Source: Paraspadella gotoi (lineage: Eukaryota; Animalia; Chaetognatha). Taken from it: a stretch of 64,000 bases of DNA. The notes beneath the pieces are model-generated. The model saw only the letters and a program-made list of their open reading frames with translations, searched no databases and was not told the origin of the DNA. The stretch lies in NCBI GenBank assembly GCA_051294375.1, contig CM119268.1, forward strand, positions 12,903,770 through 12,967,769, written 5' to 3'. Below, piece after piece: positions 47,601 to 59,600 of this stretch. A program made the position numbers and the translations under genes. Each line of letters opens with the position of its first letter. Positions within the stretch are counted from its first letter, which is position 1.

Positions 47601-50600
47601 AAAAGATCTGTCTAGAAACTAAAGAAAGATGGTGACGATGAAGTTATTGTACAAGTAAGATGATGGGCAGACCTGTGGGGTAGAGTGGAGCACTCAAGAA
47701 CAAAAAATTTATTTGAATGATCGAACAATGATATTTAGATGTAAGATAGTATGATCAACTAGTACAAAAAATATTTTGTTCATATTATCTCGGGAACAGA
47801 ATAGTAAAATATAATATATTTGTAATAATATCCTTATAAAATAGTAAATTTTAAAAATAATTTTTATAAAACTTTTAATAAAGATTCAGATTCTTCATAA
47901 AAAGTTGAATCAAAAATATAAAACATGTTATCAAAAATTCTTTCATCTTCAATGTTTAAAATAAGAAAAAAGGTGAAAATTCCTTATATTTTTATTCTCT
48001 GTAGTAGAAACTTATATATGTTAAAACGTTTTAGTCATTTTTGTGATCTAAACATTAAAATATCATATAACATATTTTATAAAAGTTTTTTTAGTTTTTT
48101 ACAGCGAATCCAAATAAGTTCTTAAAATAAAAAAAAAATTATTTTGAAATTTGACGATTTTGTAAGGATATTACTATATAAATAATTGAATTTGCTATAC
48201 TGTTATGCTAAAAAAATTTTTAAAAGGATTTCAAATTTAATTAATTATATGTCCATAAGCAGCAAAAAAATAATGTTCAATCACTCAATCTTTTCATCAC
48301 TCCACCCTACTGTGGGGGTGCTATACTCAAAAACTGGACTTTTGCCCTATCTTTCTACTTTTACCCGAGAAGTTTTTTTAAATTTTTTTCTGAAAGAAAA
48401 CAGCAAACAAATAATTACGGGAATGGTTGCAAAAGGTTCCTATGTTAAACAATAAAAGCGAACAAAAAGGGAAAATAGAAAAGAAGAGATCAGGGGATAA
48501 AGTCAAGCAAGAAGTTAAGCACCGTGAAAGTAGTCGAGATATAACATCCACCTTTCTTATGTTTCTAGATGGGCTTCTCTCTTACCTATTTTCGCACTAT
48601 TGCAATAACTAAATATTCTGTTGAATGTTATTGTTACCAGATCTGTTGCAGCCTCCAGGTAATTTTTTAGATGTACTGGGCGTTGAGATGTTGACACACT
48701 GCCTAGTTTGGTGCTAAGAAAGCATGCATAGCATGTGAAACTTGTTAATAAAAAAAAGAGTAAAAATCTTTCCTTCAGAGGGATTTTTGTACTTCACGAG
48801 ATTAAATGCTTATATAGTTGAACTACATTATGAAAAAAAGCCAGAGGTTTAGCGAAGTATGTGTTCGTAAAACTCTTGGTAGTCTTATATTGTTGTTCGC
48901 ATATGCTTTTCTTCCGTGGGTTTTGGCTTTTAACCTGACCTTTTTTATTCGAGATTGACCGCCTGCATCACTGTACATATTTTGAAGCAGTTTCGAAAGT
49001 AATAAAAATGGGGCAAAATTTGGCCCAATGGTAGGCACCTTGGTGTAGAACTTATGGTAATAAATGATTCCAGGGATATTAAACGACCGAAGTAGTCCTG
49101 ATTTGTAAATATTAGTGTCGATTTCTTTTAATTATATTGTACAATTCATCAGTCGTGTTTATAAATTTCTCCCGACTCATGATACGTACATTCCTGCTTT
49201 ATTCGTCAATTGGTGTTTTTCCAACTATTTTTTTGTAATTGTCGTCGTCGTCATTTTTTACTTTTTTCCCCTTCACCCATCCTGCCACATTACTGATCAA
49301 AAAAGGTGATCCGCTGGAGATTCAAGTTGTCAAGCACAACCGGGAACGACAAAAATTGATGCGAGAACAGAATATTCTCAAACAGATCTTCAAGATTTTG
49401 CAAGCCCCTTTCGCATCTGGGAAAAGCAAAAACGCTGGTGACTTCCTGTTATAATTTTACACTTTACTAGGAGAGAGCCTTTTTGAATTTAAATCTGACC
49501 TCACTTGTATGTATTAATTATTTTCAGAGGAGCCAGATGGTGATGAAGATGGAGATTCGGAATTTCGCCGACTAAAAATGGAGGATCTCGCTGATCCAAG
49601 GCACAGCGGCTTTAGACAGATCTGCCGACTTTGCTATCGAAATCTCCGGCATTCCCAGCATGCCTATAGGTAAGTTGCAACTTGGACGCCACTTATTGTC
49701 ACCATTGCTCGTTTCCAAAAAAAGGACTTTTGATATTAAGAAAAAACCAAGAGTACATCGCCAAGCAATTTGCTTTCATGCAAAAGCAAATCGGCTACGA
49801 CGTTTTGGCCGAAGATACTATCACCGCGCTTCTCCACAACCACCGTAAGCTACTGGAAAAGCACATCACCGAAAAGGAGATCGAAACGTTCGTCTCTCTA
49901 GTACGGACTAATCGGTATTTATTTTCCGGAGTCGCTTTTGATCACTACATGCTGTTCATATTCGATGATCATCCTTTCTTCGTTCAGAGAATACCGCTTC
50001 TTGGAATACTTGTCCGACCTTTGCATGACGGAAAAGGCGGCCATCCCAGTCACGCAGGTAAGTCGTTTTGTTTATTGCTAGTTTTTTCGACGATCCTTTC
50101 GCAATCACTACTCTCGCTCTTTTAATTATTTCTTTTTTCAGGACCTGATTTGCCGCAGCGTGCTCGACCCACGTAACTCGGACATTCTTATCGAGACAAA
50201 CCTCGTTAAAACCGAGGTCCAAGTGGAGATCGACGGGGAAGGTGAGGACGGGTTGGAAGGAAGGACGGACTCCGGCGACCCCATCGTCATCGTCGAAGAG
50301 GAGGAAGAGGTGGGACACGGAGTGGATTTCGTGTTTGGTTGACCTTTTATCTTGACTTCTAATGTTTCCTGCTTCGTGAAACAAGGTGGTGCTCACGTGG
50401 GACGACGACCAAAAAAGAAAGGGAATTAGAGAACTAGCCTTGGGCGCGGCGGAAAACATCAAGGAGGACAAGCAGATCCTAGAATATTATAGGTTTTATC
50501 AACTTACACTTAGTTATGAATTAGTTATATATTAGTTAATTAGAATTAGTTATAAATTGATTTACTCCTTCCTACTCCCTTCTTAATGTTTCTTTTATTT

Positions 50601-53600
50601 AATCAGGTATCAGCTCGATTTGTTCTCGCACATGTGCCTCGACAGACAATATTTAGCTATTAACAAGTTGTCTACTCAGGTAGGATAAATGTAAACATAG
50701 GAGGTATGGTTTTTTGGGCATCATGCGATTTTATTGAAGTAATTTTTCTCAAGGGTACAATTTAAAATGAAAAATGAAAAATTCTCAAATGTATTTTCAG
50801 CTCGATATCGACTTAATTTTACGTTGCATGGCCGACAACGTCCTGCCTTACGAGTTGAGGGCGGGATTTGCTAGACTCGTTCTCCACATGCACGTTGACA
50901 GGTATTAGTTTTATTTTATTAAATTTTTTTACGCTCAATCATTAAAAAACCAGTTGATTTAAATTTTTTTTCAATTTACAATTTTTCTGGGGAATTAGTA
51001 CTGTTTCAAAATATTTCGTCATTGTTGAAGGTTGCATTATCTTTAAGGACGCGAAACCATTTAAGAGCTTGGTTTTTAGTCGACTCAGGCGTTTCTATCG
51101 CTGAATAAAAATGAATCAGCACCGTTCTCGTTCCCATGTGGCTTAATGCGATAATCCAACCTGTCATGAATAAAAAGAATGGAATCACTTTTATCAGGAA
51201 TGATATTGATCATCTTAGGGATAATAATACTTTTTAATTAAATATCTATGTATAGCATTTATACATTGCTACCTTTTTTTGCACCATGCAATTTCGTGGA
51301 TTTTTGCATATCAGCGTTTTGAGAATGAGAAGTGAATGACAACCCCAGACAAGGCGCTGATTGTTTTCTCTTGAAGAAATCTGTTGTGATTTAAAAGAAA
51401 GTTTGGAAGCGGCCCTTTGTGTTCTTTCAATACTGAGCGAGTTGTACCATCGTCTGAGCTGTCGTCATTTGGCTGTCTTGCGTTCAATTGTAAAACTGAA
51501 GTAGAATGGTGCTTATCCAGTTTTTGTAGGGTAACGTCCCAACCGATCAGAGCCAAAGTACGCCACGGGGTTGCGTCCTCGCTTGCCTTTTATAATTCAT
51601 AACGGTTTCAAAATATCTTGTCGAAAAATTCATAAAAACAAAATTCTCGCCTTGTAAAAAAAAAGAGCGCAATTCTTGATTTTGGCCCAACGTCTTTTCC
51701 ATTCTTTGTGGAATTTAACCTAAGAATAGCTATAGTTTAGATACAAATTTTTTTAAATAAAATAAATTTAGACCCATTATTTCGAAGCATAAAAAAGTAC
51801 AATTGTATGTTTCTTTCGAAAATATTTGGAAACAAAAATAAATTTTGACAATCTTACCGTCAAAAAACCTGAGGTCTTCGATGAAGGATCTTTAGCATTC
51901 TCATTGAAAAATGTAGAACATCTCGGGACATTAGTTTTTGTTTTTTGCGACTTGTTTTTTACAAAAATCTGTTTTTTAAAGTGCGAATATTAATGTTAAT
52001 ATTATATGTTGCATTAGATTTTTTTCGTTAACCTGGTTTTGGACTAGTACTGGAAAGCAAATCTCACAGATTCTTGTCGCCTTTTTCTCACGTCGATACG
52101 GGAGCGCGGCCCGAAAAGTGGAACAGTTCTGACAAACGATGCGGCCGCATGCTCGACAGTGATGTTTCCGATATAACGGGGAGAAGCCTCAATTTTGTCG
52201 ATGGGTAGGACGGGAATATTTTTTTCGTTTATTAAATTTGACGTTTTCAATATTTAAAAAAAAAGGCTTACTTACCTTTACAACAAATTTGGCACATGGT
52301 AACTTTAACGTCGGGAATCCATACAGGAGCTGAGTAACCAAGAACTCCACTCAGCTTGTCTACTTTTGTTTGGTCAGAGGCAGTTGAATTTGCGATTTGA
52401 AAGCTCTCCTCTCTGAGAAACCAAATATAAAGTGTTGAAGAAAAAAATTTCGGTTCGTCCTTTAGTTACTTTCACCTGGCATTAAACTCGGCTATTGTTT
52501 TTATCAGAGCTGATGTCCAGGAATTCAACTCTTGTATGTCGTCAGTACCGAAAACTAAACTCCTTTTTTGGGAATAGATCGTAAATTCAAAGGCAAACGA
52601 AGCGCCCGGATCCCCATCTTCCTTGTCTATTTGCATACCTTGACATTAATGTTTTGTGATTGAACTATTTAAGAATGTTATTTGGATTTTACCAGCTTCC
52701 ATCATGCAATTTACCTTTAAGCGACAATACATCTTTTAGACGACAGTTGGCTCCATCAAATAATATGTGGCAATATACCAATGTATCAGAAAAGAGAAAT
52801 AAAAGTCTTGGTTGTGGCTCTTTTCGACTTTGCTTCATCAAGCGTCCGGATTTGATAAATTTTCTTGAGGGCATTATGACCTAAATTAGCATAAACATGG
52901 AATGAATGAAACACTTTTTGGACTACAATAAAAGGTTATTTTTACTTTCGAGAGTTTCATAAAGCCAACAATAATGAATAATGACGAAATATACGTTAAA
53001 TCATTTGGAGTTTTGAGAAACTGAACGAAGACTTACCTTAAAAGATTGACCGATCATTTCCTGTATTTTTAAAAGTTGCAATAATTCGCTATTTCGTGAC
53101 AAATACAAATTTGCATTTTCTGTGACGAATTCCACTATATTTATCGCCACATCTACTGCCGGAATTAGAGAATCTTCGTAGCGCTGAAAGATTGAAAAAG
53201 TTTAAAATTTTTGCCGTGAACCGTAATATATGTAATATGTAATATATATACTTTTAGTGTTATTAGATCCTTTGCCGATGAAGGAAGTTGTTTCTTGTAA
53301 TCTCGTAACAGTAAACAATAGCGAGGAATCCTTGAAAATGTATTAACGAAATGATGAGATGAAATGTTTGTAAAACTTAAAATTCTTTTGTAAATACCTT
53401 TGAATAGGAGTAATCATGTGATGAATGATACTTAAACCTTTGCAGCATGGTCGCCTTTGAAATTCTTTCACGATTATTTCAAATTTCCCATGAACTTTCA
53501 TTAAATTTGAATATTTCTTCTTTGTATTTTCATATGCATCGATGTATTGTGAGTAAAGATTTAAAAATGGACCTATTTTATCGCAAGTAACAAGTAAAAA

Positions 53601-56600
53601 CCATTTCAATTGAAATTTTTTAAATTGTAAAGCAGATTCCGGCTTTACAATTCCCTTTTTCGGTGGCTCCCTATTGTCTGGTCGGTCAGCCACCTAAAAC
53701 ATCGAATTATAAAAATTATGCATCCCCCCCAAAAAAAAAAATTCTCCTATTAGTATTACTGGAAAATTAATGGATGGATTTAGCTAAAATTTTGTTTGTG
53801 GGTAGAAAAATGTGTGATATAGCTAGAAAGTTTCGATGGAATCGTAAAAGTGGAAATAAGTTTAAATGAAAACAAGATCGGTTTATCCAATGTGTTGCGC
53901 TGCAGTGACTTGACATGACATGACATGACCGTTTTGATTCTGGTAAGATATTTTGCGATGTGACAAGACAAAAACTTTCTTAGCCCGTGAATTTATGACA
54001 TGCACTGCATTAAAATTTCTCTTTTATTCCTTATAGTTTTAGAAATTCCTGAAGTCGGCGTTAGCAGTCTCTTAGATTGGAGGTTTTTTCTGTCTTAACT
54101 ATAAGCAAATTAAATGCATTTTTAATGTAAGTGGGACAGACAGACATACCGACAGACTGACCGAAAAGTGACTTATAAAGTTGCTCCGCGAGTACTAGAG
54201 TACTCGCGGCGCAACTAAAAATAAAAAAAACCTGTAAAATAAATACATAATCATATAAAAATAGGAAATAGAATGCAAAAAGAGAAAAAAAATATAGTTG
54301 CAGCTCAAGAGATGACGACGATAAACAAACCAACATTAACTTTGACCGAGTTCAAGTTTAACCTTTGACCATTTGACAAGGAAACAAAACAAAAACAAAA
54401 CTATGAGAAAAAAAATTATTTAGGTTTATCGAATTTAATCATCAATCGGTTTATCGTAACAGATTTTTTAATAAATCAATGAAAAAATCTGTCAATCAAT
54501 CGTTCTATCATTTAATAAGTCAATCATTTGATTACCGCTAAATTATCGTGAGCAGATCCGGCATTGATTGCTAAAACTTGCTTCATATTAAGGGTTACCT
54601 TTTTTGATGAATATCTCGGATATTTGCCCTGGTTTTTTGCTCCAATTATTCACTGCAAGTTCCAAGTCTTTTACTAATTCTTGACTAAGGATTTGAATCT
54701 CTGGAAGCCATCTGTCATCAATACGCGCAATTTAAGTTATGTGAGTTTTCATCTTAAATATGTTATCAGTGTTACCTCAACAAAGAATTTAACTCGGCCA
54801 TAGAAATTTGTGAAATTGCTTCCTTTTCCGTTAAACTGTGCCTGATTTCACCGACCACGGTGTTTCTAAAATCTTCATTCAACATTTTAATAATGTCAAA
54901 AAACGATCTTTCTGTTAACAAGATTTCTTCTGCCACTTGATACGCTTTTTTAAATTTTTCTTCCTCTGTTTCTGAATTGGTTGTGTCGGAATTTTCTTTT
55001 TCTCTTTCTTTAAAACTACGATTTTGTTTCATAACGTCTCCTACTGCTTTATTCAAAAGACTTTGTACTGTTTTTCGATCATTCATTTCAGGAAATCCGT
55101 TTATAGCTTCAGTGAGTTCGGCTGCCTGTTCGCCCACTTTTGTTTGCATTTTGATGAGGTTTTGTCGGCCATGCTCCATATTAAGGAGGTTAAATCGATT
55201 TTTGACGCTTTGGACGGATGTAATTTGCCGTCGGTGATCAATTCCGCTTTTTCCATCCTCATCGCTGGAATTGTCATTTTCATTGTTCTTCGTCCGTTGT
55301 GGCGTTTTCGACCGAAACGAGGACACGGTTAGTTTCTGCCTAGTCTCATGAGCTGCTATGGGCAACGAAATAAGAGAAAGAGTCGGCGCATCCTCCCTTT
55401 CTTCCGATGTTTTTGTATCAGATGTTGAGAAGGTAGATTTTACTGAAGCCGCTCTTTGACTCTTGTCTTTGCGCAAAGGTTGGTTCTTGTGCCGAAGTCG
55501 AACGGATTGAACCACGTCCGACATGGAGAACGTTGGTTTCCGTTCGATTTCCCATTCCGCGCTCTTTCTTTCTTGCTGATTTTCTTCGCTTGAAATTTGC
55601 AAATGGTCTTCCTCCTTGAGTTTTAATTCCGCCGCGTTTGCTGATTCCGGCGCAGAAACATCTACTTTAGATGGCCCACTTCCTCCGGCGTCTTCGCCTT
55701 GACGCAAAGGAAGCACATAAGCCACCGGAATATCCGACTTTTCGGTCTTTTTCTTTGAGCTTTCTTTGTCTTCCGTCTGGTTGATTTTTGATTCCATCGT
55801 TCACTCGACATATGTGTGTTCGTTTGATATATATATGCAATCGGAATCTGAACCCTTATTTACTTTGCGGTTGATCTTTTTATCTTTTGTGGTTTCAGTT
55901 TCATTTTTAATTTAAAATGATAAAATATTTACATATGCTACCAATTCAATTAAGTTAGTTTATCTTTTGCCCCACTTCTTGTAGCTACATTGTGAAATCC
56001 ATATTTTTCAAAGCTTTTGGCCATTTTTATGTTCTAGGGAACCACAAGAAACTGTGAACCCAATCAAATACGCTCGACTCTGGTCAGAAATTAAGCCCCA
56101 CATTTCCATCGAGGAATATGAGTCTATCACCACAAGAGATTTTCTCCGAGACAGAGTCCGCGCCACGTTCACGGACACAATGGATTTCGTCGATAATTAC
56201 TTGCAAGTACGGACTTTCGATCTAATGAGGATGTAAACATGAAAAAATAACAATTTTATCTATTTTTGCTAGGGAATGGTGACTTCCACCTCGTCGTTCG
56301 CTGACAAGGAGCGGAATAAACTGACCTATGAGGTGGTCAACCTGGCCAAAAACATGATTTACTTCGGATTTTATCCCTTCAACGAACTCCTTCGGCTCAC
56401 CAGGACGCTTTTGAGCATCCTGGATTGTGTTCCCGCCGAGGCCATGTCGTCGCCGACTTCTCCCCTCGTGTCACCTGGCGTTGTTCAACCGGAACTTGTA
56501 GTTGAAGACGTCGACGGTGGCGCCAACGTCGTCAACGAACTAAAGACTATTGTCGGACAGGTTATTATCGAATTTCCCACGACGCTACTTTTCGTTAGTA

Positions 56601-59600
56601 CATCCTCTCGTTTCTTAGGTTTTCGGCCGACCTCGAGACCATTCGCCGTCGCCGCGTTCGACTCGCGATGCCCGCCCACGTCCACGCCGTACGCCCCTCG
56701 GTCTCCTTTCCTCCTCGCCCAAGTTCGAGTCTCCAACGTCGCGAGAAACGATGGGCGGCTCGGGTTACGAGCTCGACGTCCTCGTCATGGACACCAAATT
56801 GAGAATCATCGAGATCCTCGAGTTCATACTCAACGTGCGCTTGGACTACCGCATCTCTTCCCTTCTTTCTATTTTCAAGCGCTGCTTCGACGAAAGCAGT
56901 CGGGATAACGTCGGTAAGCTATCACAGGGACGGATTAATTAATTTTAGCAGCTTTGAGCTCCGAAGGGGAATTAGTCTGGTTTTGCCGGATACGATGGTG
57001 TCTGAATTTCTGGCGGTTTTGAGTTTTAAACCGCAAAGATCTTTCTCGAACGGAATTAATAACCCAGCAATCTAAAAGAGAAATTAAATCACATGGTTTG
57101 ACTGACTGCCGTAACCATGATCCTTTTTTTTTTCTTAAGTTCATCCCTTCTCTCCCCCCCCCCTTACACACACAGCGGGAGGCGGCGGCATTGACTTGGA
57201 AAAGATTGGATCCGAAGCGGAAGGAATTTTTGAGGCTGGGATAAACGACGTTAAAGAGTTGGATCTTGACGGACAAGGTTGGAAGCGGCGAAAGAGGTCG
57301 AAAGAGAAGCGATTGTCCACGTGGCACTTTCGCACATTATCATTTACCTACTAGGCGGTCGAATGTTCCTTCGCGTCCTTCTTAACCTCATAATGCACGA
57401 CTACCCTCCTCTCGTTTCGGGGTCTCTCAATCTCCTTTTTCACCATTTCAGTCAGCGACAGGAAGTGTTAAATGCCTTTAAACAAGTCCGTATCTCTTTT
57501 ACCGCAATATCTATTTCTGCTCTTTAACTTACCCATGTATTTTTTTTAAAGGTCCAGCTGCTCGTATCCGCACGCGACGTAGAGAACTACATGCAGATCA
57601 AGAAAGACTTGGACACGTTCCGGTATCACGTGGAGAAGGCCGAACTTTGGGTCTACCGCACAAAGGAGACCACCGACGGAGAGGCCCGTGGAGAGGCCGA
57701 TCAAGGTAATCCGTTTAACAGATGGAGAGAGAGAGGGGGCAGAAAAGAAAGAAAGAAAGAAAAATATAAAGATTAATAATACATGTATTCTTTGCAGATG
57801 GCGACAAAAAGAAAGCGAAACTTGAGCGAAAAAAGACGAAAGAGGAGAAAAAAAAGATGGAGGTCAACGTTGCCGTCTGTCCTCCTACGTTACCTTCTTC
57901 GCAGCTGCAGGTTTGACTGTGACGCGGAAGAGAGAGATTATGTACGTGATTATTATCGCTTTAACTTCTTTCTTCTATTCGCAGACTGCCAAAGGTCGGT
58001 CCGCTTCGGCGATCGATCTCGACTTCGGTCCTCCCATCGACAAGAATCAACTGGAGAAGTACAAGGAAATTCAAGTTATTCTCCGCCGCCTCAAGAGCCT
58101 CTGTCTCTCGCCCCCTGCCGCCGCTGACGCCAACGCCAACACCGATGGCGATGCGCGCCACAAGCCCAAAAAGCACGAGCAGCGCCTCTTGAGGAATATG
58201 GGGGCCCACGCAGTGGTTCTCGATCTCTTGCAGGTTTAAGTCCGAGGCGCTTGTGGGAAATGGGGCAGCTATATTTACATTTATTTGTTTTCCTTAACAG
58301 ATACCGTACGATAAACACGAGGATGTCCGCATGAACGAAATCATGAAGGTATGAAATACAATTTTAAAATATTGCATCACTGGAAAAGAGAATTTTTTTT
58401 TTTTCAGCTGGCGCACGAATTCCTCCAGGCGTTTTGCACTGGGATTCACGCCAATCAGTCACTTCTGTACAAGTCCATCGATTTGTTTCTTACTCCGGGA
58501 TTGCTTGAGGCTCAAACCATGCAGGCTATATTTCAGGATAATATTGCCCTTTGTAACGAAATCGGGGAAAAGGTAGATAAAATAAAGTAGTGTAGTGCTT
58601 AGCAGTTTTTGAATTTAAATAAATCGAATTTCAAAAAATAAAAAAAATGATCTCTCTTAGGTGGTACAGCATTTTGTCCATTGCATCGAAAGTCACGGGC
58701 CCCACGTTCAATATCTCCGTTTCCTTCATGCTATCGTCAAAGCGGAGGGACAGTACATCCGCAAAACGCAGGACATTGTGATGGCCGAACTAGTAAACAT
58801 GGGCGAGGACGTGCTTAAATTCTTTAACGACAGGTGAATAATGAACGTACGCTGATAATCTGTTTTGCGTTTTTATAGTATTTAACAACTTATATAGATT
58901 TGAATCATTTTTTCTGGCGTAGACAATCTTTCAGTCAATTGCTGACGCTAATGCAATCGGAGCGCCATCGAATCAACGAAGATTCTCTCCTAATGTATCA
59001 CATAAATTTAGTGCAACTCCTGGCGCTTTGTACCGAAGGTAAGCTCTAAAGATTTCCGCTCTTTCGGTCGCTGGAATGTCTAAGTTGCCTCTTCAATCTC
59101 GACTTGAAGGAAAGAACGTCTACACCGAAATTAAATGTCACAATCTTTTGCCCTTGGAAGACATTGTCCGCGTTGTCACTCACCGCGACTGCATCCCCGA
59201 GGTCAAGGTGAGACAATTGACGCGGTATTGGCTCGAACAGTCGGTCGGTCTTATTTGAAAAGTCTAACCCCCCCCCCCAGGCCGCCTACATAAACTTCCT
59301 CAATCACTGTTACATCGACACGGAGGTCGAAATGAAGGAAATCTACACCAGTCAACACATGTGGACGCTTTTTGAGAATTTTTTGGTTGACATGGGAAAC
59401 GTCTGCAACGTTGCCTTTCCCTCTGGCTCGGGGGCGGAGAAGGTTTTAACGAACGCTTTTCGTCTGTCTCTCACATTTCCACTTTCCAGTTATGTTTTGT
59501 TTAATGCTATCGATCATTTGCGGTTCAGGCTTTAGAGGATTACGTGACAGTCGTCGTGATGAACGTCACCACAACCTTCTTCAGTTCTCCGTTCTCTGAC

